Of a DNA stretch of 16,131 nt, positions 6,979 through 15,861 are shown piece by piece (the first letter of the stretch is position 1; the number at the start of each line of letters is the position of its first letter). The stretch spans positions 1-16,131 of the forward strand of contig JBGSTX010000202.1 in NCBI GenBank assembly GCA_041736305.1, read 5' to 3'. The DNA is from Oligoflexus sp. (GTDB lineage Bacteria > Bdellovibrionota_B > Oligoflexia > Oligoflexales > Oligoflexaceae). The notes below the pieces were generated by a model. The model saw nothing but the letters and a program-made list of their open reading frames with translations, did no database searches and was not told the origin of the DNA. A program made the position numbers and the translations under genes.

Positions 6979-8133
6979 TTAAACCTTCTGCAGGAGATTC
7001 ATCGCCACGGTTAAGCCGGGACCAAAGGCCATAGAGACAATAAGTTCGCCCGCCTTAACTTTGGGGTCGTCCTGCATCGCCTTCCAAACATGGGGCAGAG
7101 TGCTTGAAGACATGTTGCCGTGCTGGGCAAGTATAGTCCGACTGTGACCTACGGCATCGTCGGCTAGCTCGAGCTTTTCCTGAATGGTATCGATGATCTT
7201 AGGTCCACCCGGATGCACCGCATAACGGCTGATATCTCTCCAGTTGAGTCCAAGAGGCAGCAGAAAGGAGTCAAGATGCTGCTTGATGCCTGCCGCAATT
7301 TTTAGACTCACACCGCGGCTCAGGACCATCGAAAAACTAGAATCGCAAAGCTTCCACTCCATGAGAGCCGCAGAATCAGGGATGAGACTCTCATACGAGC
7401 TGAGGATAGCTAAACTCTGCGGGCTTTTAGTGGCAGAAACATCCAAGCGCGCTGCACCATCAGCAAAGAGCATGTTGGCTACCATCTGATCGAGATCGGT
7501 CGCATGTGGCCGCAGGTGAAGGGTGCAGAGTTCAACCGACATGATGCTGATGAAAGGTTCACGCTGGATGTTTTTGGCTGGAACTTGGCTGAGCTGAGCT
7601 GCCAGGTGGAGGGCCGGTACCGAGGCATAGCAACCCATGTGTCCTAGCTTGAGAAGGCGGGTTTGATCCTGCCACTGCCTTTTGAGGAGGAGCTGTTGCG
7701 CCGCGTAAGGAGCCTGATAGCCTGTGCAGGAAACTTCGATAATGGATGAGGGAGAAAGAGTGTGCTCCGGAAAAGCTTTTTCTGTCATGAGCAGGGACTG
7801 ACTGGCGAAGATATCCATACGTCGTTCAAGAGGGGGTGCATACCAGGGAGCAAGCGATCCGTCGGGACGCTCAGTTTCGCGGAAAAGCTGCATTTCCTCC
7901 CAGTGTTGATGCGTATAATCTCCCAAGACTGTTGAGCGGTATTGGAGAAAATTTTGTTTCAGGAAGCGTTCGTAGAGATCGAGAGCACGTTCGACTCTCT
8001 TATTAAGGTTCTCTCCAGCGGCGCGCGCTGTAGCCCGCATAAGCCAAGCTATGCCATCTTTCTGAGCCACCTTATGGGGTGCCGCTATGGGGTGAACACG
8101 ATTAAGGTATGCAAGAGCTTGTATCCCAGTCAT
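6979..8133 (-). CDS. Type III polyketide synthase (chalcone/stilbene synthase-like)
   Basis: 384 aa with an intact catalytic triad: HMGCYA (Cys), HPGGPKI (His), GNMSS (Asn). Also SCTG, VELCTLH, LFADGAA and AFGPGLT. AGGGGA SD. Confidence 0.95.
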   Translation of the reverse strand: MTGIQALAYLNRVHPIAAPHKVAQKDGIAWLMRATARAAGENLNKRVERALDLYERFLKQNFLQYRSTVLGDYTHQHWEEMQLFRETERPDGSLAPWYAPPLERRMDIFASQSLLMTEKAFPEHTLSPSSIIEVSCTGYQAPYAAQQLLLKRQWQDQTRLLKLGHMGCYASVPALHLAAQLSQVPAKNIQREPFISIMSVELCTLHLRPHATDLDQMVANMLFADGAARLDVSATKSPQSLAILSSYESLIPDSAALMEWKLCDSSFSMVLSRGVSLKIAAGIKQHLDSFLLPLGLNWRDISRYAVHPGGPKIIDTIQEKLELADDAVGHSRTILAQHGNMSSSTLPHVWKAMQDDPKVKAGELIVSMAFGPGLTVAMNLLQKV

Positions 8134-8323
8134 GGCAAGATTCCCCTGTTGCGTTGCAGCGTGGCTTTGCTGCGAAGACTACAGTATGAAGGCTTTGGGG
8201 AAAGGGAAAGCGCAAAATGCTCTTGGAGATTTATACGTGCGGCCTAAAAGATTGGGCGTGATCTTCGGAGACTCAGCTCTGTGGGTCAGCAGTGCTTGGC
8301 AATACTGACGCGATTGACTCGCA

Positions 8324-10567
8324 TCAAAATGCACGCGCGGTCTCTTTGAGAGCACGAATTTTTTCTTTATGCCCGAAGACCCAAATCAGGTCGTTCGGGA
8401 GCAGAGCCAAAGTGCTTTCGGGATTCAATAGCCGCGCGGCACCTCGCTCCACACCCACGATCAGACCTCCAAACTCTTCTCCCACACCAATTTCGCGAAT
8501 GGTCTTATGCGCGTAGCGAGACTGTTCTTCGATCGTAAAGGATTCGAGAGAAAACATTTCATCGTGCGGTAGAGGCGAGTTTTCGGGCTCGGGCTCTAAG
8601 AGCTTCTGCGCTGCCTGAAGTTGCTCCTCGGTGCCGACCAGGAAGAGCTCATCGCCTGGAAGGAGCCTCTCGCTCCGGGCCGGAGCGAATATGCGCCGCC
8701 GCCCTCTGTCGACCATCGCAATGGTCGCGCCCGTACTAGTTCGAAACTTGCATTCCTCGAGAGTCAAACCAGCGACGCCGGAATCTGGCGATACGATAAG
8801 CTGCGTAAGGGTCGCGCTCCAGGGCGCGAGTTGGGGCAGCTTCGCCAGAGTCTCTATTGCGGCGCGTTCCTTCGCGTTGAGATTTTTGAGGAAGCGACTT
8901 TCGACCTTTCCGTAAAGCCGCCCAATATACCTCCTAAAAACATAAATTAAGACGGGCATAGCAATGAGGAGCGCCAAGGGCAGCAATTTCGTAGTCGCAA
9001 ATCGAGTAAGAGCAACTTCCATCAGAATTAAGCCCAGAATGGCTCGAATAATCGCCACACCTGGCTGGAGCCGTCTCAGTCGCAAGAGCGTTTGAGCCTC
9101 TGTGCTGGGAACCTTCTTGGGTACCGTGAGCACGACAGCATAAAGGAAAGGCGAGGCGACAATGATAGTGAAGATACAGGCCCAGAATCTAATAGCCGAG
9201 TTGTTGCCGAAGGTGTCTAGCAAGAAGGGAAGTGCGAGTTCTGCACCACCGAGGAAGATAGCGAGCACCACCACCGAATTCAGGAGCAGAAGCATCCCAT
9301 AAGTCTTCCACAAGAGGCCCAGCAGATTTTCGCGACCGTTGCTGTTCATCGCCTTTTCGTACTGGTTGAGGCGATCGAGCAGCTTTTGCGGCAGACGTGC
9401 TTCGATCCAGCCGTACAAGCGATCGGAGTTCCGGATCATGTAGGGTGTGGTAAAAGTCGTGACCGCGGAAACGGCGATAACTATTGGGTAAAGAAAGTCA
9501 CTTACCACCTTGAGGCTGACGCCTAGACTGGCGATGATGAAGGAGAATTCGCCGATCTGAGCGAGACTCATCCCTGCTTGAGTCGACTGCCTCAGGCTTC
9601 GGCCTGAAAGAACAGTCCCAAATCCAGATCCTATGAACTTTCCAACTATCGTCAAAGCAGTGATCATGAGGATGACGCCGAAATGCTGCTGGAGGATTTT
9701 CGGATCGATCATCATGCCGACCGAGACGAAAAATATGGCTCCAAAAAGGTCTTTCACCGAAGCCATCAGGTGCTCAATGCGCTCGCCTTCGGCTGTCTCA
9801 GCCAGGATCGAGCCCATGATGAAGGCACCGAGCGCGGCTGAGAACTTAGCCTGGGTCGCTAGCACGACCATCAAAAAACAAAGGGCAATCGACAGGATCA
9901 GCATAATCTCGTTGCTCAGAAGTTTGCGCACCCGCTTCAGCAGGGAGGGGAGAACGTAGATCCCAACCAAAAACCATAGCAGCAAGAAAAAGACCAAGCG
10001 ACCCGATAGAAAAGCAAGGTTCGATCCGGAGAATGAGCCGGGCACGCTGATCGCGGAGAGAACCACCATCAGCAATATCGCCATCAGATCTTCGACAATC
10101 AGGATGCCGAACACCAGGCTGGCGAAGACTTTGCCTTTGAGCCCTGCTTCGTCGAAGGCCCGGATAATGATGGTGGTCGATGACATCGAGAGGATGGCAC
10201 CGAGGTAGATGCTGTCCATCGTAGTCCAGCCCATTGCCCGCCCAAAGAGGTAGCCGAGACCGCTCATTGTGATGATTTCAAAAATGGCCGCGATAAAGGC
10301 GCTTTTCCCGACTTTGGCGAGCTTTTTGAAGCTAAAATCTAAACCAAGGCCAAAGAGTAGAAAAATGACGCCGATCTCGGCCCAAAGAGCCACCCCCTGC
10401 TTGTCGACGACGTTTGGAAAGAGCGTAAAATGGGGGCCAACCACAAATCCTGCCACCAGATAGCCAAGCACGACGGGCTGACGGAGTTTGCTAAAGATCA
10501 GCGTACTGACGGCGGCCGCCGCTAGAATCACGGCTAAATCAATAATAAGCGGAGGTAGGTGGCCCAT
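8324..10567 (-). CDS. CPA2-family monovalent cation:proton antiporter with two C-terminal TrkA-C (RCK_C) domains
   Basis: 747 aa with QPVVLGYLVAGFVVGP, AEIGVIFLLFGLGLDFS, SSTTII, ILIVEDL, AIFFVSVGM and LAQIGEFSFII. C-terminal RCK_C-like repeats (SGVAGLTL...LLPGDELFLVG; RYAHKTI...LLPNDLIWVFG). GAGG SD. Confidence 0.92.
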   Translation of the reverse strand: MGHLPPLIIDLAVILAAAAVSTLIFSKLRQPVVLGYLVAGFVVGPHFTLFPNVVDKQGVALWAEIGVIFLLFGLGLDFSFKKLAKVGKSAFIAAIFEIITMSGLGYLFGRAMGWTTMDSIYLGAILSMSSTTIIIRAFDEAGLKGKVFASLVFGILIVEDLMAILLMVVLSAISVPGSFSGSNLAFLSGRLVFFLLLWFLVGIYVLPSLLKRVRKLLSNEIMLILSIALCFLMVVLATQAKFSAALGAFIMGSILAETAEGERIEHLMASVKDLFGAIFFVSVGMMIDPKILQQHFGVILMITALTIVGKFIGSGFGTVLSGRSLRQSTQAGMSLAQIGEFSFIIASLGVSLKVVSDFLYPIVIAVSAVTTFTTPYMIRNSDRLYGWIEARLPQKLLDRLNQYEKAMNSNGRENLLGLLWKTYGMLLLLNSVVVLAIFLGGAELALPFLLDTFGNNSAIRFWACIFTIIVASPFLYAVVLTVPKKVPSTEAQTLLRLRRLQPGVAIIRAILGLILMEVALTRFATTKLLPLALLIAMPVLIYVFRRYIGRLYGKVESRFLKNLNAKERAAIETLAKLPQLAPWSATLTQLIVSPDSGVAGLTLEECKFRTSTGATIAMVDRGRRRIFAPARSERLLPGDELFLVGTEEQLQAAQKLLEPEPENSPLPHDEMFSLESFTIEEQSRYAHKTIREIGVGEEFGGLIVGVERGAARLLNPESTLALLPNDLIWVFGHKEKIRALKETARAF

Positions 10568-10822
10568 GCGTCCGTCCTCTCATTTGTGTGGCGAGTTTGA
10601 AGGCAAAGACCTTGCCTCGTCGAAAGAGTGCGTCCATGAAAGCATATATCAGAGTTGTCAGGATCTTGCAGGTTCCAAAATCAAGCTTTTTTCTACCATA
10701 TTGTCGGGGGGTCGCTATCTTAGCAGCTGGGATAATTTCGATTTTAAGGACTCGTGCTCAAGGCTTTTGGATTCTTCTCGCCTTGGTCGATAGTCAGATA
10801 GGTGTGTCGGTGGCCTTAGAGG

Positions 10823-10840
10823 GGAAGCTAAGTCGCTTCC
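10823..10840 (-). terminator. Hairpin just downstream of katE (possible terminator or mRNA stabiliser)
   Basis: GGAAGC-N6-GCTTCC perfect 6-bp stem, 17 nt after the katE stop. No U-tract follows. Confidence 0.3.
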
Positions 10841-10857
10841 GCTGCTTAACAATCTCC

Positions 10858-13026
10858 TCAGACAGGTGGGAGGTCCAGTTTTTCCCGGGACCAGAAGCGA
10901 TACTGCTTCATGGCCTCAACTAGTTTGCTGGCTAGAAAGTCGGAATCCTGGGAAAGAATCAAGCCGTCTTTCGCGTAGCCACTCTTGTCTGTTGCCGGCT
11001 TATCTCCGAGTAGATGCGCGAGACCGCAGGCTTTGAAAAACTCCGAGTCCGCATAGAGCGCGAGAGGTTTGCAGTGCCGGTAGGATTCGGCTGCAAAGCG
11101 CAAAGCGTGCGGATTCTTCTGGAGCTTCTGGCTCGCTCCTCCAACGACGAAAACGGCATCGAAAAGTACAGAGGTGACGGTGTTGAGTACGAAGTCTACA
11201 GGGTACTCCTTACCCTTGTCGCCTTTGATCATTCCCCCATGAGGCCCGATCAACTTCGGATCTGCTCCTTCCGCTTTAAGAAGCTTGAGCACGCTTTCCA
11301 AGTCTTTTTCATGAAAGCCTCCGGCCACGATAATCGCGACTCGACGCGTCTTGATACTGCTCCCCTGCCTCTTGTGGAGGCTGAGCGCCGGTGAAGCCGC
11401 TATTTCCCAGTTGGTCGGCTTAGACTGATAGGCAGCCGGATCTGCATCTGCTGGGTGACCGTGATTGAGGTTTGAGTCGGGAATAGGCGTGACTTTGATG
11501 CCGAGCCCGACCGCCACTACCTCGGCGAGATCATGGTCGACCCGATCTAAGAGGCCCACCATGCGCTGCCGTATCGCGGGCGTTTCAACTTTACCGAGCT
11601 CGAAGCGCAAAGCTTCCATGATATGGGTCTGCTCGGCTTCGGTTTGACTGATATAGAACATGCGGGCTTGAGAAAAGTGATCGAAGAACTTCGGCCCGCG
11701 CGCTCGGATCTTGGTGCCCGTCTGTGCTTCTGGAAAGCTCGTAAAGCCCCCTGCAGCGGCTTTAGACTGAAAGGGACAGCCTCCACCCAGTGAATTCGGC
11801 TCGTAGCTGACACGACCCGGATTGATGTCCTGCCGCATGTGTGCATCGCGCTGGTTGTTGATGTTCGCAGCCAGAGGGCGGTTGACAGGAATCTCATGAA
11901 AGTTTGGGCTCCCTAAGCGACTGAGTTGGGTGTCGAGATAGGAGAAGAGCCGGCCCTGCAGGAGAGGATCGTTGCTGAAGTCTATGCCAGGCACCAGGTG
12001 AGCCGGATGGAAAGCCACCTGCTCGGTCTCGGCGAAAAAATTGTCGGGGTTGCGATTGAGCAGCAGCTTGCCGAGAGGCGTCACCGGCACTAGCTCTTCA
12101 GGAATCAATTTGGTTGGGTCGAGAATGTCGAAGTCGAATTTTTCGGCATCTTGCTCCTCGACTATCTGTACGCCGAGCTCCCATTCGGGGTAATTGCCCT
12201 TCTCAATATTTTCCCAGAGATCGCGCCGATGGAAATCGGGGTCGACGCCCGAAATCTTCAGGGCTTCATCCCAAAGAACGGACTGCAAACCTTGCTTAGG
12301 GTTGAGGTGGAATTTGACGAAGACGGCCTTATTTTGGGCATTTACGAAGCGAAAGGTATGCACCCCAAAGCCCTGGATGGATCGCAAAGAACGGGGTACC
12401 GCTCGATCCGACATCACCCACATGATCATGTGCATGGACTCGGGCATCAGTGAGATGAAGTCCCAAAAGGTGTCATGGGCCGATGCCGCCTGCGGAATTT
12501 CGTTATGAGGTTCCGGCTTTACCGCATGCACGAGATCAGGAAACTTCATCGAGTCTTGGATGAAGAAGACCGGAATATTGTTACCGACTAGATCGTAGTT
12601 GCCTTCCTGCGTGTAAAACTTGATGGCGAATCCCCGCACATCTCTCGCTAAATCGCTAGACCCTTTCGAACCAGCGACGGTTGAAAAACGGACAAATACG
12701 GGAGTCTGCAGTCCAGGATCTTGCAGGAATCCGGCTTTCGTATACTTCGCCCAAGACGAGTAAGGTTGGAAGTAACCAAAGGCCCCTGAACCCCTAGCGT
12801 GTACGACACGCTCAGGTATGCGCTCATGATCGAAGTGAGTAATCTTCTCACGCAGCTGGAAGTCTTCGAGCAGAGTGGGTCCCCTGGCTCCTGATTTTAG
12901 AGAATTGTGGTCATCATTTACTTTAAGGCCTTGATTGGTGCTCATAGCTTGTTTGTCTGCCAGTCGAACGTCTGCGTTCAGCTGCTTTGATTTTGGATCT
13001 GCATTTCTTGGTTCTTGACTTGACAT
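10858..13026 (-). CDS. katE: Catalase HPII (large-subunit heme catalase with C-terminal DJ-1/PfpI-like domain), 722 aa
   Basis: [17 protein letters not shown] active-site signature, [16 protein letters not shown] and heme-ligand [11 protein letters not shown]-terminal domain RRVAIIV...FDAVFVVGG...YRHCKPL. Start moved to ATG 13026, behind GAGGAG. Confidence 0.97.
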   Translation of the reverse strand: MSSQEPRNADPKSKQLNADVRLADKQAMSTNQGLKVNDDHNSLKSGARGPTLLEDFQLREKITHFDHERIPERVVHARGSGAFGYFQPYSSWAKYTKAGFLQDPGLQTPVFVRFSTVAGSKGSSDLARDVRGFAIKFYTQEGNYDLVGNNIPVFFIQDSMKFPDLVHAVKPEPHNEIPQAASAHDTFWDFISLMPESMHMIMWVMSDRAVPRSLRSIQGFGVHTFRFVNAQNKAVFVKFHLNPKQGLQSVLWDEALKISGVDPDFHRRDLWENIEKGNYPEWELGVQIVEEQDAEKFDFDILDPTKLIPEELVPVTPLGKLLLNRNPDNFFAETEQVAFHPAHLVPGIDFSNDPLLQGRLFSYLDTQLSRLGSPNFHEIPVNRPLAANINNQRDAHMRQDINPGRVSYEPNSLGGGCPFQSKAAAGGFTSFPEAQTGTKIRARGPKFFDHFSQARMFYISQTEAEQTHIMEALRFELGKVETPAIRQRMVGLLDRVDHDLAEVVAVGLGIKVTPIPDSNLNHGHPADADPAAYQSKPTNWEIAASPALSLHKRQGSSIKTRRVAIIVAGGFHEKDLESVLKLLKAEGADPKLIGPHGGMIKGDKGKEYPVDFVLNTVTSVLFDAVFVVGGASQKLQKNPHALRFAAESYRHCKPLALYADSEFFKACGLAHLLGDKPATDKSGYAKDGLILSQDSDFLASKLVEAMKQYRFWSREKLDLPPV

Positions 13027-13259
13027 AAGCTGCGTTCTCCTCGGTGTGCGACTTTTATGACGATACGTTGATGCAAGCACATAGTCGACTCGTCAAATTA
13101 TGTAGCCGTCGCATCTTTCGGAGTAGATTAGAGCTCCATCGTCGCAGCCCCTTAAAAAACCGCAAATTCACTCGAATTTTTTTGGAGTTGAACTTCGATC
13201 TAAGTTTGGATATGCAAATAGAAGCATTAATCTTAATTCAAAATTTACGAGGTGTCCCT

Positions 13260-14777
13260 ATGCGGACCAAGAGCAGCTTGCTTGCGGGAATCTGGCTGTA
13301 TGTAATGATCCCACTCTTTGCTTCGTCTGCTGCCGAAGCTTCTCCAAGCGATGCTTCAATTGATAGATTGGCTGCTCAGCAGTACGAAGGCGCTAAGCGT
13401 TTCCGCGACGTTTTTCGAGACGTAGCTTTAAAGTATGATAAGGATGAGAGCACTGTATTGAACTCGCTCCTTTTGCCAATGCCAGAAGGATTGCGAACGC
13501 CAAATTCTGCTTTACGAGCCAGCAGTCCTCGAAAAGCACTTGAAGCCATCACTGTTCATGGTCGCAGCGCGAGCTCCTTGAAGCTCTATGAGCACGGAGT
13601 TCAAACTCCCTTTGGCGAGCGTGGCAATACAGATGAAATCTTTGCAGCCAAAGGGCCAGCGACGTTTATCGTGGTTCCAGGTATGCTCCAGGAATCTCTT
13701 GACGATGACATGTTTGCGGAAATAACCGAAGTGCCGAACTCTTTCAATCAGCGCTACGGCTATCTACTCGATCAGGCCCAAGACTTCGCTTATGACTGGG
13801 GCGAGCTGGGGGAAAAAGATGTGAAGCTTTCGTCTAAGGTTCGCATAGGCAGTCTGGATGATCCAGAAGGGAAGCCCCTTGTTCAGCTTATAGTTCTCCG
13901 TTCGGCCTTCGGGAGTTTTGAAACAATCGGACCCATCAAACGCAGTGCCGAAACCTACCTGAGGCGGATCAATAAAATCCTCGAACTGCTACCTCCGGAG
14001 TCTTACCGCAATCTCTACTTCGTTGGCTTTTCACGCGGCACGATGATAAGTCTAGAGATGCTTGCGAAGGTTTATCGAGAAGGCAGCTATCCTCTGCTCC
14101 GTTCGCTGAAAGGTGTGATCACCCTCGGTGGAGTGGTTTATGGATCTGATCTAGCCGATTACCCCTTCCGCCCTTTTCAGCCTAGCTTGCCCGAGAAAAC
14201 TGCTGCCCCTGATCCTCTCTTTCTCATGGAGCAGACCTTTAAATTGGTTGAGACTTTACTGAAGAATGCCTGGGATCCTGTCAGCAACCTGAAGCGAGTA
14301 GGCATTCTGGCCAAGGAAATCAATGACGGCGCCAATGAACTCAAGACTGCGGCGAGGCTCAACTGGTGGGCAACTCACGAATTGCCGCCAGAAGTTCCTA
14401 TTTATTCGATCAATGGTGCCATGCCTATAAAAGCAATGGCGATATGGCCATTTCAAGACGCCCCTTTCTACGGACTGGGAGACCTCGACTACGGTGCCCT
14501 CAAGATCATGGCGTCCAAACTCCAGCAAGTATCCGGTAACTTTCTCAACGACGGGCAACTCACCGATGTAAAAGGTAGAATGTGGCCAGGACTAGCCGAA
14601 AAGATTAACCCAAAACAGAAGCCTCTCAAGGTCCAGACTCTGGGTAACGCCACTACTCACCACTTTGGCTTAGGTACTCGTTCTTGCATTCAGGAGGCAG
14701 GAGGGCGCTTCAATCTTTTCCCCAGGAAGATTATGATGGAAGCCTTGGGCGCTTACGTCCTCGAGCAGGAGCCTTAG
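13260..14777 (+). CDS. Secreted alpha/beta-hydrolase (lipase/esterase-like), 505 aa
   Basis: Start moved to ATG 13260, behind GAGGTG. Signal peptide MRTKSSLL...SAAEA. Oxyanion-like FIVVPGML, nucleophile elbow YFVGFSRG (14025-14039), VITLGG, NDGQL (Asp) and THHFG (His). Confidence 0.75.
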   Translation: MRTKSSLLAGIWLYVMIPLFASSAAEASPSDASIDRLAAQQYEGAKRFRDVFRDVALKYDKDESTVLNSLLLPMPEGLRTPNSALRASSPRKALEAITVHGRSASSLKLYEHGVQTPFGERGNTDEIFAAKGPATFIVVPGMLQESLDDDMFAEITEVPNSFNQRYGYLLDQAQDFAYDWGELGEKDVKLSSKVRIGSLDDPEGKPLVQLIVLRSAFGSFETIGPIKRSAETYLRRINKILELLPPESYRNLYFVGFSRGTMISLEMLAKVYREGSYPLLRSLKGVITLGGVVYGSDLADYPFRPFQPSLPEKTAAPDPLFLMEQTFKLVETLLKNAWDPVSNLKRVGILAKEINDGANELKTAARLNWWATHELPPEVPIYSINGAMPIKAMAIWPFQDAPFYGLGDLDYGALKIMASKLQQVSGNFLNDGQLTDVKGRMWPGLAEKINPKQKPLKVQTLGNATTHHFGLGTRSCIQEAGGRFNLFPRKIMMEALGAYVLEQEP

Positions 14778-14815
14778 TCGGCCAGAGCTTATGTGCTGCG
14801 CTAGGAGGGCTACTC

Positions 14816-15490
14816 ATGTGTTATTCAGCGATGATCAAATCCGACCTCGACTATGTGAAGAGACGTCTCGGGGTCCATTGGGTGCGCGAGTCCTTTGATG
14901 CCTACGAGAAAAAGGTAAGCGAGAACCCAAAGAAGTATAAGTCGATCGCTGAGCACCCTCGCATCTATCCTAACTACTACGCACCTATTGTGGTTTGGGA
15001 AGGTGGTAAGCGAGTCGGTAAGCCGATGCGCTACCGCCTGCGGCCATCCTGGTCGGAAAAAGAGATTCCAAGCAAATATAATCTCTTCAACGCGCGTCTT
15101 GACGCGCTAGAGGAGCGGAAAAGCTGGAAATCCCTCTTTATGAAACAGCACGGCATATTTGTGTTCGAGAAGTTCTTTGAGTGGGTTGAAGATCCGGAGA
15201 CTGGGAAGAAGAAAGTAATTTCCTTTGCCCCCAACGATCGGGAGCTCATGTGGGCGCCTTGCCTTTGGGATCGCTGGACTGATGGGGAGGAAGTGATAGA
15301 AAGTTTTGCCATCATCACTACCGATCCTCCTCCCGAAGTCTCGATGATGGGCCACGATCGCTGTCCGGTCTTTCTACGTGAAGACCTGATCGATACCTGG
15401 CTGCAGCCCAGCTTAGTGAGCAAGAAGAAGATGTATGAAGTTCTCGCTACTCTCGAACCCGTGTACTACGCTTGGGCGGATGCAGCCTGA
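14816..15490 (+). CDS. SOS response-associated peptidase (SRAP / YedK / HMCES family) abasic-site protein, 224 aa
   Basis: Start moved to ATG 14816, behind AGGAGG, which gives M-C-Y-S-A with the Cys2 this family requires. Also FNARLD, FFEW (Glu), SFAIIT and GHDRCPV (His). Confidence 0.92.
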   Translation: MCYSAMIKSDLDYVKRRLGVHWVRESFDAYEKKVSENPKKYKSIAEHPRIYPNYYAPIVVWEGGKRVGKPMRYRLRPSWSEKEIPSKYNLFNARLDALEERKSWKSLFMKQHGIFVFEKFFEWVEDPETGKKKVISFAPNDRELMWAPCLWDRWTDGEEVIESFAIITTDPPPEVSMMGHDRCPVFLREDLIDTWLQPSLVSKKKMYEVLATLEPVYYAWADAA

Positions 15491-15510
15491 GTAAGTGGCT
15501 CGTGCAAATC

Positions 15511-15861
15511 TTATGCTCCCAGCTTCCGCTTGAGCTGCTCTAGAATATACGATTCCAGCTCAGAAAAACTGAATGGCTTCTGCAGAATTTTCTGGAAATT
15601 GCTCTGTGGCTCGACATCAAAATCACCAGTGATCATAACTTTGGGGATGGAGGGATCGAGTCTTGCCGCTACTAGGTCACCATTCGTATTAGGTAAGCGG
15701 TAGTCGAGGAACACGAGATCGGGCTGGATCGCTTCGACTTGTTTGAAGAGGTCTTTTGGATCTGTGAAAGTCCAAATCTGCACCTCAGGAGATTCCATGT
15801 TCTCTTTGAACATTTCACAAAGGTCAGCCTCGTCATCCAGGTAAATGATTTTAAGCGGCAT
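15511..15861 (-). CDS. Single-domain response regulator (CheY-like receiver), 116 aa
   Basis: Start moved to ATG 15861, behind GAGGAG. IIYLDDE acidic pocket, PDLVFLDYRLP phospho-Asp, MITG and QKPF. No output domain. Confidence 0.92.
   Translation of the reverse strand: MPLKIIYLDDEADLCEMFKENMESPEVQIWTFTDPKDLFKQVEAIQPDLVFLDYRLPNTNGDLVAARLDPSIPKVMITGDFDVEPQSNFQKILQKPFSFSELESYILEQLKRKLGA

Noticed and set aside
8285-8309. Hairpin GTCAGTATTGC-CAA-GCACTGCTGAC (minus strand) after the antiporter stop
   Set aside because: The stem is imperfect and has no U-tract, so it is not supportable as a terminator.
10488-10923. Plus-strand ORFs of 101 and 111 aa spanning the antiporter-katE gap
   Set aside because: They have non-ATG starts, overlap the flanking genes antisense, and show no recognisable motif. 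A small protein cannot be fully excluded.
13027-13259. Apparent head-to-head overlap of katE (to 13080) and the hydrolase (from 13044)
   Set aside because: Both genes have better starts with SD sequences (13026 and 13260), leaving an ordinary divergent intergenic region.
14684-14815. N-terminal extension of SRAP overlapping the hydrolase
   Set aside because: SRAP needs Cys at position 2, and AGGAGG precedes ATG 14816.
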